Assembly: GCF_021028975.2 (NCBI RefSeq)
Contig: NC_059427.1
Location: 125,488,001-125,552,000, forward strand
Reading direction: 5' to 3'
Length of the DNA: 64,000 nucleotides
Source: Sphaerodactylus townsendi
Taxonomy: Eukaryota
The position numbers and the translations under genes are program-made. Under the pieces are notes generated by a model that was not told where the DNA came from, searched no databases, and saw only the letters and a list, made by a program, of their open reading frames with translations. Of this stretch, positions 1 to 12,337 are shown piece by piece (within the stretch, counting starts at the first letter, position 1; the number at the start of each line of letters is the position of its first letter).

Positions 1-210
1 TTGCATATAAACTACTTAGAAAGCTGGTTGTGGATGTATCATCTTGCATAGTGGTAAAGAGATGCAGCTGCAGATCTTGTGTGCGAATATGTGGCAAAAG
101 TCATCAGTATTAGCTCACAGTCAGTTTCTCAGACCCTAGAGTATGTGGTTTAAGTGGCTAGGCAGAACTGTACACCCTGTGTGTAAAGTGTAGTCTCTTT
201 TGTCTTATAG

Positions 211-3200
211 ATGTGTGATCCTGAAGCTGTCCAGCCTGGGAATGTTCCTGCTCTTTCTGAGCCAGAGGGTCCTGTGCACAGGGAGAAGAAATGCTCCCCA
301 GTGCCAACCATGCGGTTACAACAAACTCTATCAGGTGACTGGAGATACACGGGATAATCAGGGTGCACGTTTCTGGTTCAGAGCAAATTGTGCCAAATAA
401 CATGTTCGGATGTGAAACATTCTGGAATTAGGCATCTGTCCATATGGAAGAGAATTAGTTGTCCTTGATGTGGAACGGATACACTGGTACTTTGCATATC
501 TAGCCAGTGAAAATTACTTTATATTTTTAACAGCATCTCTTTCACTAGTCTCTTTTGGCATTCCTTTCCCTGGCATCCTTCCTTGGACATTAGTGTGTCT
601 GGTTTTCATTTGTGTTGATTCCAACTCACCCTGGACTTTTTGCTTAGCTACAGTTCTGATTGTCATCCTGCAATAAGGAAATCCTGGTTGATTATGAGCC
701 ACTAGTAGTAAAGCCTACTGTACGAACAGACACAATGGGCTCTAAAAACCTGTTGGTGGGTTAATGGTGCCCACTGGGGAGGCTAAATCCTTCTGCCTTT
801 CCCCTCCTCTTGGCCCCACAATTTTCCACAGAGAATGAAAACCTAGGCTAATTATTCAATTTTTAAAAGCTTACTTACAGATTCCCACTGTTCCCCCCCC
901 CCCCTGCACAGACCAGCTCCCCTAGTTTGCAAGCATGCTCTCCTTTCTCACATTTTACACACACATAGTAGTAGTAGTATTTACTGCATTAGCCATAGGC
1001 TCCACACACACATACACAGACATATTCGGTTCTCCTAACTTTGCAAATGGGCTCTCCTTTCTCAGATTTCCCCATGCAAATAAACAGACAAGTTTCCCCA
1101 ACTTTGCTGTCTTTTCTCAGCTTCTCCCTACCCGCCCCCCACACCCCTCGAGAGGCTCTCCTAACTTTCCAAACAGGCTCATCCAGCTCAGCCCCAACTT
1201 GACAGAGTTTGTTCCATGTTTCCAGGCAGGAGGTTCTTCACAATTCATCACAAGGATCTAGTCCTGAAAGGGAGAAGCACATTATGGAGGGTGGAGGGAA
1301 ATATGGCTTCCTACTGTACTTTCCCCCCTTTTCAAAGCTCTTCACCACCAGGGAGAGGCACACAGTGGAGGGAGGAAGAGAGAATGGCTTCCTGCAGCAA
1401 GGGCTGCTGGGAAGTGTAGTTCTTGCCCCTTTGGGGCAGCTAGAATGTGGGACTTCCTGGTTAGCTGAGGACTATACTTCCCAGCAGCCCTTTTCTGATT
1501 CGTTGTTGGGAACATGCTGCTCAATTATATAGTGAGATTAAATCTTTTTGATTTTAATTCATTACAAATGACCACCTTGAATAATATACAAATTGAGTGG
1601 TGATTTTCTCCATGGAATTAGAATAAAGGGCAAACATATGCTCTGTTTGTACCATCAACCCCTATAAAATGATATTGCACACATTCACTGTGACTTTAGC
1701 TTTTAAAAACACCAATAACTCCATGTGACAGTCTATGTATATTACACTGACATAGGATAACATTCCTAGAAATAGCATTCCTTGTGTGAGTCACTCTGGT
1801 GATATTGTTGTGCCTGCAGTGCTGGGAAACTCACATTGGACAGGAGATGTATAAGATGACTGTCTTCAGCTTCTTGACCACCTTGGCATTTGCTTTCCTT
1901 ATCAGTCTGCCACGGAGGTAAGCCAAGAGATCACCACTGGTGTTCATCTACCTTAGGGTTTCCTTGACAGTGGTCCAGGGGCAGAGCGAGGGGGAACTGC
2001 GCTCGGGGCATGCCTGCGCCTGTGTCCCTGTCACGCCCCCCACTCTGGAACAACACCACCGCCACACCCCTGCACCGGCGTGCCCCCGGTGCATCACACC
2101 CTACCCCGTCCCCTTGGTGCTACGCCACTGTAGTGGTCCTTTCAAGGGCCAAGCAAGTTGTTTTCCTTATCAGTGGGTAGGGCACTTCTTTCCTTTTGGA
2201 GGTGTTATGTAGTTGATCTTCTCTGTCACTAGCTTAGTTCCCAGTAATACTGGGTGGTATGGAATAATAGCATTGGGTCAGTGGTCATCTTGTTGTTGCT
2301 GACTGGAGAACATTTGTAAAGCAAGATGTATTGCCCATGAGCAAGGGGCAGAATACATTACTTTGCTGTAGTTCACTTCCAAGGATCCAGCTTAGGTAGG
2401 AAGCTGTGTGCAGTCTTGCTGCAACTCTCTCTCTTTTACTCCCAGGCTGTTAGCTAAACATTCATCCTGTGCCCTGGCTCGCTGGCTTGGCAAAGAGGAA
2501 TTCCTGGTGCCTCACAATGTGCTGGATATTGTAGCAGTTCAAACAGTCATATGGACTGGGATCTTCTTTTGTCCTCTCCTGCCTTTGGTCGGATGTGTGG
2601 TCATCTTCCTTACATTCTATATAAAAAAGGTAAAGACTCTCTTGCATGTTTAAACAACACATACTACAAAAGGATACCAGTGGGTTTTGAGCACAACTCA
2701 GGGGATTAAGAGGTGGTATCTCAACACTTGCTAGTGATGGAGGACTTTGGCACTATATATATAGAAGTGGGGGAAATGCATTCTGTGTATGGCTGTCAAA
2801 ATATATCTCATGGAAACTGAAACTGCTGGCTGAATCCCAGAATTGTGGAGAAGTAGGGTGAAGAAAGTACTACTCTCCCTCTCTTTCCTCCTTCCTCTTC
2901 CCTAATTCCTAAATGCTAAGTGGGAACATAGGACCCTCATCCCACTATACTTCATGATTTTCATCTCTCCTAGTGACAAGAGATTACTTATGCTCCAAGA
3001 CCCCTGTGTAAAACTGCTTTCTCACACAATCTCTTTCTCTCACGCCAGTACACTTTGTTCCAGAACTGTCGGCCTTCAACTCAGCTGTTTCGAGCAACCC
3101 ATTCTAAATTCTTCTTTCAAATTATGTTACTACTAGGCTTGTTTCTGGCCTGTGCATCTCTGGGCTATGCCATCAGCAGGTAAGTGAAGGGGAAATTGAG

Positions 3201-6200
3201 GAGTAGACAATCTAGGCATAAACATTTGGTGAAACCTTTCCTTGACAGTCACTCTTTTCTCTTTCAGTGTCCGCCCATCTCAGGCCTGTGGGCTGTTTGT
3301 CAACTATTCAACTTCTTGGCAGGCCGTGCCTAAAGCAACGTCCCACCTACCTACCTGGGCACTGCTTATTTGGAATTATGCCACATCGAATATCTTCTGT
3401 CTATTACTCTTGATGCTGCTCAGGTGAGTCCCATTTGAGACGTAAGTAAAAATACATGGAGGTAGTGATGAAGGGAACACCTACATTGGGAATGAGGAAT
3501 AATTGTTTAATCTTGTTTCAGATCTCATCAGATCATGGTTCTGATGCACTTGTACCTCTGACCAACTCACTAGTTTTGAACACTGAACAACCAAACATGT
3601 GGTCTACTTAAAGTCTATTAACCAAAGCAGGTTTACCTGTTGCTCATTGGCCTGGCAACTGTCGATAGGAAAGATGACACACTGAAGTGGTTAACCTTGG
3701 CCCGATATACATGGAATGTTTATTTCGAGGCTCTTCACTGCACAGTGGGCTTGTGGTTGTAGTTTTCCTATTTACACATAAGGAGGCAGACTACAGCCTG
3801 CAGCACAGTTTGTCTGCAGAACTCTGTTGGGCCTCTGCTTCTTCCGGTTCCCTCAGTTCTACCCATCAGCTTCACCTTAAAGGCACAGATCTCACCACAC
3901 CTGGTAGTCTCAAGACTAGAGCTGAAATTCCCTGCCCCTCCTATTCCCCCTCTGCAGAAGCAGAGCAGGGGAGGTGGTATGCAGCCAAAAAGAGACCATT
4001 GTTCTGTTCCTTACAAAAGTCAACTCGTTGTTATTATTATGTTTTATGCCTGTTAAAGGTTAATAAAGATAAAGAATGTTATTATTATGTCAATATATTG
4101 ATATATCAATATGAGCATTTAGAGAAGCAGGAAGGAGCCAGCAACATAGAACAGGGGCAGTGGCGTAGCATCCACAGGGTGGGAGGGCATGATGCCCCAG
4201 GCGGAGCCGTGGTGTAGGCATGGCCAGGCCGTGGCAGGGTGTTCCAGGGCGGGGTCACTGCAGCAGGGGCACAGGGCACACGCACACCCCGGGGATAGTT
4301 TCCCCTCGCTTCGCCTCTGAACAGGGGTGAGGGGAAAGACGTGGACGGCAGTGCAAGGGAGTGGGAAGGATGGCTGTGAGTGGAGGGAAGATGTCTGGGG
4401 CAAAGCTGTGTTCACTGTCAAGTCTCCCTGCTCTAGCAGCGAAGCAAATGAAAAGCCATGCTAGAAGTGGTGTTGCTTGCTGTGGAGAGATGGAAAGTGA
4501 AAGTGGGGCTCCAGGAAATAGGTCTGTACAAGAAAGCATGCCGTGACAGACATTCATCCCCACTGTGCCGCAGACATCTTGTGCATAATCAGCCATTAGT
4601 TGCCATGTCCAGTCCTATTGCTCTCTTGGACTTAATTCAGACCATTTACTTTGATCTATAATGACCACTGGAACCAGAAACCTTTCCCTCTCCAAGAACC
4701 ATGTTCTGCCTTCAAGCTCTTTTCAAATCAGGCAAGAGAAAATAACTGATTTTCTTTGTATTTTATGCACCAATGGAATCAATGCTACGGTGCTACCAAA
4801 AGGACAGGACTCGTTTTTTAATTACAGAAAGACTCTTATCTATAGGTGTAACAATCAAGACCCAATTTTGTGCCAAAACCTTTCTGATAGTATCTCACCA
4901 GCATGGGTGATATTCATTCCCCTATCCTGTGCCTAAACCATGAAATTAAATCCCCCTTTTAAGGTAGTTGTAGTCAGGTGTGGGTCAGACCCTCACAAAC
5001 AGTGAAACCACTCCTGTAAAAGCTTTAGACTTTATTTCAGTATATAATTAAAGATTCAGGTACAAGTACTTTTTGATTAAGTTGGTAGAATAAAATAACA
5101 AAATCTAACTCCGAATACTTTTAAGTACAGTCTCAAGCAATTCCATGGCTTCAGCACATGTAAGCATGTGAGCGAGTGAGAGCTGCCTGTTTTATAGAAA
5201 TATCCCCCCCCCCCTCATGCACACACACACACACTTCCATTTTTTCAGGCGACTTTTTCATATTTGGCCAGGATGTTAACAATTAGGCCAGCTCTTTTGT
5301 TGTTCAAATCGATCTCAGAAGCTTTGATGTAAAGCCCTCTTTCACCCAACAGGATGTTTGATAATTTGACCAAATCTTAAATGTAATCCTTGATCTGTGG
5401 AATTGGTTCACATAAGGATGTCTGTCTCTCGACATCTTGAAAAACTAATTTACAGATGCTCTAGAAAATGTCAGTCTTGGCAAGAGCTCATCAATATTAT
5501 TGATGGTAATTCTATTATTGTAGTGAATGGTCTAAAACCTGATGCTCTAGGTATCATCTTGTTGAATCACTTGTATAGTCAATCCCCAACACTTTTAAAA
5601 AGCATATTATGGGTACAACAAACCTGCACAACATCTACCAGTTCACACGCAGAAAACATCTACAACATCTGCCTACATCAACATCCTCACCAGTTCACCT
5701 GATTATCAGTTTGATGCTTTGATAACATCAGCAGGACAAAAAGAGTTCACAGCTATAACTGTTGTTAAGCAGTCTTTATTTTTAAAAACTTAACTGTGAA
5801 TATGTATTGTCGAAGGCTTTTACGGCTGGAATCACTGGAGTGCTGTGTAGTTTCCGGGCTGTATGGCCGTGTTTTAGCAGCATTCTCTCCTGACATTTCG
5901 CCTGCATCTGTGGCTGGCATCTTCAGAGGATCTGATGTAGGAAAGGAAAGCAAGTGGAGTATATATACTGTGAGGTCAATAGGTGAGGCCATCTGAATAG
6001 AAGTAGCTTGGCATGTGAGTAACAATGAAGTCTGTAGCATGTAAGTCACAATGAAGATAGCAAGGTCAATAGAATAGAATAGAAGTAACCTGGCCTTTGT
6101 TCCCTTTGATTGCTATTATCTATAGTTGTCCTGTGTTTGTGTGGAGCTGATTAGTCACTGTCTTGATGCTAGTGTTTTTCAACACTGGCCGCCAAATTCT

Positions 6201-7937
6201 GTTCATTTTCATGGTTTCTTCCTTCCTTTTGAAATTGTCCATGTGCTTGTAGATTTCAATGGCTTCTCTGTGCAGTCTGACATCGTGGTTGTCAGAGTGG
6301 TCCAGAATTTCTGTGTTTTCAAATAATATTCTGTGTCCAGGTTGGTTTATCATGTGTTCTGCTATTGCTGATTTTTCTGGCTGAAATAGTCTACAGTGCC
6401 GTTCATGTTCTTTGATTCTTGTCAGAGCACTGCGTTTGGTGGTTCCTATGTAGACTTGTCCACAGCTACATGATATGTGGTAGACTCCTGCAGTAGATAG
6501 AGGATCCCTCTTATCCTTTGCTGAACGTAGCATTTGTTGAATTTTCTTAGTGGGTCTGTAGATTGTTTGTAGATTATGTTTCTTCATCAGTTTTCCTATG
6601 CGGTCAGTGGTTCCCTTAATGTATGGTAAGAACACTTTCCCTCTAGATGGCTCTTTATCTTTGTTCATGTGGCTTGTTCTTGGTCTTGCAGCTCTTTTGA
6701 TGTCTGTAGTAGAGTAACCATTAGCCTGTAGAGCCCAATTTAGGTGATTCAATTCATCTTGAAGGAGGTGAGGTTCACAAAGTCTGTTTGCGCGATCTAC
6801 CAAAGTGTTTATGGTGCTCCTTTTTTGTCCTGGATGATGATTGGAGTTTTTGTGCAGATATCTATGAGTGTGCGTAGGTTTTCTGTATACTGTGTGGCCC
6901 AATTGTTGGTTTGGTTTGCGGATGACTAAGACATCTAGAAATGGCAGTATTCCTTCATTTTCTTTTTCCATAGTAAATTGGATGTTTGGGTGGATCTTGT
7001 TGATATGGTCCAGGAACTTGTTGAGTTCTTCTTCTCCATGGCTCCAAATGATGAATGTGTCATCCACATAATGGAACCATATGGTGGGCTTTTTTGGTGC
7101 TGTTCCAGGGCTTGTTCCTCAAAGTGTTCCATATAAAAATTTGCTATTACAGGGCTAAGAGGGCTACCCATGGCTACTCCATCTTTCTGTTCATAGAATT
7201 CATTATCCCACTGGAAGTAGCTAGTAGTGAGGCAATAGTGAAACAGGGCTGTGATGTCTTTTGGGAATTTCTGGTTAATGAGTGCCATGGTGTCTGCTAT
7301 GGAGACCTTGGTGAATAGGGAAACCACATCAAAGCTGATCAGTTTGTCATTGGGGTTGAGTTTAAGATTGCTGATTTTTTTCAATGAAGTGAGCAGAGTC
7401 CTTAATGTAATGTGTAGTCAGTCCAATATGGGTTTGTAGTTGTGCAGCCAGGAATTTCGCCAAATCATATGTAGGGGATCCGATTTGACGAATAGCAATC
7501 AAAGTTAACTGTGAATATATCTATAACTGAGTTCTTGCAGCCACATTCTTAAAATCTAAAATGGCATTACTTCTTTGGTGAGTTGGTTGAGTGGGACCCA
7601 AGAGAAAGAATTGTTGCCATTAGTATGATGGTATCTTCCTTTCCCACAGCCTCATCCTCACCATCTACGTTTCTCAGGCACGAGCAAATAGACAAGAGAT
7701 TGAAAGGCTCAAGAGGCAACGAGTACAGGTGAGTGGTCCTTCAGGTATTTCAGAGGAACGTTAGCTGATCTATAATAAAAATATCCATCACTGCATCTTT
7801 AATAACCTGTGACTGGATGATGTTCTGAATTCAGTCTGTGTAACACAATTCATCTCTTCTTTGCATTCATCTAGTGTGTCCAGGAAAAATGGTGCCTGAT
7901 AAAAAAACTGACTTTGCACCTAGTAGATCTTCCATGA
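211..7937 (+). CDS. TMC8: Transmembrane channel-like 8 (EVER2), 3' part; coding exons 211-334, 1820-1917, 2446-2629, 3049-3179, 3268-3423, 7650-7728, 7875-7937 (5' exons lie upstream of the window)
   Basis: AG/GT-bounded exons splice in frame: CVILKLSSLGMF...GYNKLYQ|CWETHIGQEMYK (TMC motif)...PRR|LLAKH...EEFLVPHNVLDIVAVQTVIWTGIFFCPLLP...FYIKK|YTLFQNCRPS...|...CGLFVNYS...|LILTIYVSQARAN...|CVQEKWCLIKKLTLHLVDLP*. Position upstream of SYNGR2 fits TMC8 synteny. Confidence 0.92.
1976..2130. mobile_element. hAT-type MITE, same family as 4158-4319 but opposite orientation; a partial copy lies at ~36585-36677
   Basis: CAGGGGC...GCCACTG termini with near-identical 8-bp flanks cagtggtc/tagtggtc. Confidence 0.7.
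3699..3842 (+). repeat. Old dispersed repeat; second copy at 14589-14729
   Basis: Shared blocks ggccc..tggaa..ttatttc, ctgcacagtgggct, aaggaggc, cagttt.tctgc.gaactctg.tgggcctctgcttct. Family unknown. Confidence 0.6.
4158..4319. mobile_element. hAT-type MITE
   Basis: CAGTGGCG...CGCCTCTG termini; perfect 8-bp TSD aacagggg at 4150-4157 and 4320-4327. Confidence 0.8.
5889..5929 (-). ncRNA. Minimal type I hammerhead ribozyme motif in the Penelope pLTR
   Basis: Minus strand reads CCU-CUGAAGA-U-GCCAGC-CACAGAU-GCAGGC-GAAA-UG-UC-AGG: core, stem II, GUC triplet and stem I CCU/AGG. Confidence 0.75.
6120..7384 (-). pseudogene. Frameshifted Penelope RT/GIY-YIG ORF
   Basis: ORFs 6935-7384 and 6120-7067 are consecutive parts of one polyprotein in different frames. 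Confidence 0.9.
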
Positions 7938-8337
7938 GTTTGGTGAGAAAAGTCGTCGAGAGGAAATAAACATCTTATGAAAGGACTATACTGATATGTC
8001 AATAGCAGGAAAATTTTCCTCGCTTCTGAAGAGGGACGAGAGCTCAGAATGACCAAAATCTGCTTAGACTGGTCACAGAAGAAGCCAAGGAATCCCCTTT
8101 CTCTGGTTGGTTTTTATACTGAGCAAGGTCTCATTGTAATGGGGACAAACTGGCTCCTACATTCACTCTCTCATACCCTTGATCTGTATCTACTTTCTCA
8201 CTGTTTGTACAGGCTGCCTTACATATTGAATTATGTACCTAATATTGATCTTTCCCTCACAGTCTCACACTGGAACAAGCAGGAAGCTTGCTACTGTGTA
8301 CTAGAAATGTTGCTGTTTTGGGAAAAACAGGCATGTC

Positions 8338-8343
8338 AATAAA
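8338..8343 (+). terminator. Probable TMC8 polyadenylation signal
   Basis: AATAAA 400 bp after the stop codon. Confidence 0.5.
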
Positions 8344-9531
8344 GATATGCATGCTCATGAAACTGACATAAGAAAAAGGGTTTTCTATATTTAAAACTTA
8401 TTCAGTAGATCATGCCATCAGTCCTCATTAAAGTAGTCTGTTCACTATCCGGATTATGAATGTCTTGGACATGCAAAAGAAATCGAGTGGAATGTAATTC
8501 TGTCCCAGATATCATTATTATGGTTGTACAAATCTGTACTTAAGATATGTGTACATGATATGCATGAGGGTGAGTCTATTTGTGAGAGGTGCTGATATGG
8601 GTGCATAGGGAAAGGAATGCATGCATGAGTATATTTGGGGAGCTCCCAGAGGCGTATCTAGGGAAAATGTAGTCCAGTGCAAAATCTGAGTTTTCTGCCC
8701 CCCTGTATGGGCGGCCACCTCCTTCCCCCACCATGACCAAACAACAGTTTTTTGCACCAGGTAATCTCAAAGTCAACATCATATTATAGAACATGCATTA
8801 ACTCCGGGAAAAGGAGGAGGGGTGTGTGGGGGGGATTTCCAACCCCGCATATGTCTAAATGGCTGCAGCCCAGGGATATTTCACCCCATATGTCCCCCTG
8901 AGTGGTACGCCCAGGGGAGCTCCTAACCTTGTTTTCCATAATAGGCCAATTTATATTTTACATAGGCAATGGCAAAGCTGTTACTTTGTCCCATTGATCA
9001 GCAAGTAACTTTTCTTGGACTACTCCCTACTCTCCCTGAAATGTCTGTGTAACATCCAGCGTGCTGCAGAACCACAGACAAAAGGAATTACTAATTCCAG
9101 GAAGATAAAGCACTCTGACATAATGGTTCACCTTTGTCCTTAGGCAATCAGTGTTTGGAAATCAAGCACAGTAGTTTGATTGGGTCACATGTTTGAGTTG
9201 CTATGGGAATGATAAGGAACTGTAAAACTGAATACAAAGAAAAGAACACCATAAACCCATGCAAACCTATTCTTCCCATTCCATCTTACCAGTGCATGTA
9301 TCTTACCAGAGTGCTTAGAATTATGCCCACTGAAATCTAACACAGCAGTTGTTCTCATAAACTTTCTGGGGCAATGCCCCTCCCTCCTTTGGTGCCATAA
9401 AACTTTTTTGTTTCCTTCTAGGACCCATGCAAACTTGTAAAATTCTGAATGTCACCACACCACTCCTGGTTCATTCAATCTCAGAGATATTGGCTGCATT
9501 TAGTGCTACAGCATGAACATTCAGTCTATGT

Positions 9532-9677
9532 CAGTGGTGGCGAACCTTTGGCACTCCAGATGTTATGGACTACAATTCCCATCAGCCCCTGCCAGCATGG
9601 CCAATTGGCCATGCTGGAAGGGGCTGATGCGAATTGTAGTCCATAACATCTGGAGTGCCAAAGGTTTGCCACCATGG
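9532..9677. mobile_element. Palindromic hAT MITE
   Basis: Almost fully self-complementary around CCAATTGG; perfect 8-bp TSD gtctatgt at 9524-9531 and 9678-9685. Confidence 0.9.
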
Positions 9678-9730
9678 GTCTATGTTATGTGTGATTGAAT
9701 GCAAATCTTACATAGATAGAAGACCACTTA

Positions 9731-10000
9731 GGTAAAAGGCAAAGGTGTGAGCACTGTGTGAGCACTAGGTCATTACTAACCCATGGGGTGACATCACATC
9801 ACAACATTTACTGCACAACTTTGTTTACAGGGTTGTCTGCCATTGCCTTCCTCAGTCATCCCCAGCAAGCTGGTGATTCATTTTATTGACCTTGGAAGGA
9901 TGGAAGGCTGAGTCAACCTTGAGCTAGCTACCTGAAACCAACTTTTGTCAGGATCGAGCTCAAGTCGAGCAGAGCAACTTACCTCTCTGTACCGCGGGGC
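9731..10000 (-). mobile_element. Sauria-type SINE
   Basis: ggtaaaaggcaaaggt tail and ggaaggatggaaggctgagtcaacctt body; paralogous to 21441-21736. Confidence 0.7.
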
Positions 10001-11199
10001 TTGCTCAGAAGAAGACTTACAGCCCCATTCAGGTGGCAGGCTGCGGTGTGATGCAGCGCTGCCCCACTGCTTCCTGGCTTGTCAGGAGAATCACAACTCA
10101 AAAAAGCCTCCCCACCTCTAAGAAGCTTCTATGGGCCACAACAGACTTATGCCAAATTTTGATGGCTTAAGTCTGAAGTGCGGCCTGCCACATTAACACT
10201 GGCAAAGGCCAAGAGGGAGCTGACTAACACTGGCTCCTCCCTTGACTATGGCTCCAGTCCACACCCCCACTATGCCAGCAGCTGGCAGGCGTCCAGTAGA
10301 GTATCCCAGGGGGCCCCTGCGGTGGTCTCATGCCAATACAATTCTCCCTTCTGCCCTGTGGAGGGCAGATCCACCAGTGCAATTGCGCACCCCTCCCATG
10401 AGCAAACACCCCCCCCCCACTTTGGATGGGGCTCTTAGCCACTCATAATCCAGACTCCATTTCTGCACAGACTTATCAGATGACAGCACCTGGGATGATT
10501 ATCTGTGAATCTTCTGAACAACCAGGAGCCCTCTGGCTAGAAAATACCATCTGTTCCTCCCCATGGTCATGGATGCTCAAATAGGGAAATCCAAATTGCT
10601 GCCCCATTGTGGCTCTTACAGTCTCTGGCTGTCTGTAAAGAGTGACTGCGTAGTAGATCTCCAAGCTTGCTGCTGACAGTAAAAAAACACTATATTCCAG
10701 CTACATTTATACTGCCACTGTGATTGTGAAGCTGATGTCTTTGATTTTGCTTAGTAAGTCAGGCTGATTATGTCTGTCTCAGTGACTTTCTCCCCTCACT
10801 TGTCCCCCCCCGCCCCCGCCCCCAATCCTATCTGTGTACACAGTTTTGTTCCTATCTGGCTCAAAAAAAGCCTTTTTGTTTTGAAAAATTTTAAATAAAA
10901 ATTATTTAGCAAAAAAAAGAAGTTAACATTTGCAACAGTTAACATTTGCAACGATTTTTCTATACTGTCAAGAAGATTGTTTTCATAGTTTGTTCCTTTG
11001 CTGAACCACTTCTGAATTGTCACTTTTGCCTCTGAGTTGTATATCTTTCCATGTAATGACAAACTCCCTGAGCACTCACCCACGAGAAGGATGGCAAAAG
11101 GGAGATGAATTCTTGGGGAAGGCTTCCTGATAGCTCCTGGGGCTCAGAAGGAGTCTTGGGGGAGGATGAAGGAATTCCTCCAAGGGAAGGTAGAATTCT

Positions 11200-11275
11200 T
11201 GGTTGGCCACTGTGTGAACAGACTGCTGAACTTGACAGGCCTTGGGGTGATCCAGCATGGCTTTTCTTATATTCT
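11200..11275 (+). mobile_element. Short CR1 LINE 3' fragment
   Basis: ggttggccactgtgtgaacagactgctgaacttgacaggccttggggtgatccagcatggcttttcttatattct resembles the reverse complement of the CR1 tail at 15607. Confidence 0.65.
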
Positions 11276-11769
11276 CAAAAACTATTAAACCTGCCAGGTG
11301 TGTCAGCTCTCTCTCAGCTGCTTTCGAAGATTGAGTGACAGACTGGGGGCAGAGGGAGAAGCCTGAGGGGAATTTGAGACATAATCCAATGGTGAAAACA
11401 ATGTGAGGATTAGTAACTTTTATCAGCACCAGAACTGTGGCATATATTCCACATTACGCTTAGCAGGAACAATTCTGTGCCAGAGAAGGAGAGTGGTGAG
11501 AACCTCAGAGGCATGCTAAGAGGCTACGCTTGAAAGAGAGACCCAAGATGTTCTCCTGATGTTCTTTAAGAAATAAGATACAGGGGAAGTGAGATGTTGT
11601 GCAGAAGATTAAATCACTTTTGTCCCCTTTATGAGTGATTTATAATGTACCAACAGAAATGGGGGAAACCTGGTATAAGACAGAAACTGTAGGAAAAAAG
11701 ACTGCACTAATGAGCTTTGGTGACAATGCAATTGATTACAATGTCACCACAGCTTATTAGCATGATTCC

Positions 11770-11965
11770 CCCCCGCCCTAATCTCATCAGATCTCAGAAA
11801 CTAAGCAGAGTCAGCCCTGATTAGTAATCAGAGGGGAGACCACCAAGGAATGCCAGGGTTGTTGTGCAAAGGAAGGCAATGGCAAACCACCTCTGCTAGT
11901 CTCTATGCTTGAAAACCCTACTGGGATGCCATAAGCTTGACTGTGACCTGATGATGACACACACA
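11770..11965 (+). mobile_element. 5S rRNA-derived SINE with RTE-like 3' tail
   Basis: atctcatcagatctcagaaactaagcagagtcagccctgattagta...gggagaccaccaaggaatgccagggttg is a degenerate 5S rRNA; it is followed by aggcaatggcaaaccac...gaaaaccct and a (CA)n end. Confidence 0.75.
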
Positions 11966-12189
11966 GATCAGTGCAAATGCATACAGTTATTCCAGTTTAC
12001 TATACTCTGTCCCACCAAAAGATAAAAATGTGGTTCTGCGTTGTCAGTGGAAGACAGAGTAGTGTACCTCCATTATAGAAAAAAAGTCCTGATATTAAAA
12101 TGGCCACAGCGGATAAACCATGTGGTTCTCTGGAATCCCTTTAGCTATCACAGCGGTTTTAACTGCATTCGGCTTGGGGTCACCTAGGG

Positions 12190-12337
12190 CAGGGGTAGGG
12201 AACCTGCGGCTCTCCAGATGTTCAGGAACTACAATTCCCATCAGCCCCTACCAGCATGGCCAATTGGCCATGCTGACAGAGGCTGATGGGAATTGTAGTT
12301 CCTGAACATCTGGAGAGCCGCAGGTTCCCTACCCCTG
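12190..12337. mobile_element. Palindromic hAT MITE related to 9532-9677
   Basis: CAGGGGTAGGGAACCTG...CAGGTTCCCTACCCCTG termini; perfect TSD acctaggg at 12182-12189 and 12338-12345. Confidence 0.92.

Larger units (their letters stand above)
5807..7504 (-). mobile_element. Penelope-like retroelement, 5'-truncated (RT plus GIY-YIG endonuclease plus pLTR), in a TMC8 intron
   Basis: RT motifs DVVSLFT, GVAMGSPLSP, YVDDTF and LPFLDV; endonuclease GVYHISCSCGQVYIGTTKRS...RIKEH. One frameshift near 7090. Flanked by the duplicated sequence ttaactgtgaatat (5790-5803 and 7505-7518). Confidence 0.93.

Noticed and set aside
4969-7545. TGT...ACA-bounded solo LTR hosting the Penelope element
   Set aside because: The terminal match is weak and there is no target-site duplication.
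11770-11870. 5S rRNA gene
   Set aside because: Heavily diverged, lacks the 5' end and a T-run terminator, and is fused to a retroposon tail.
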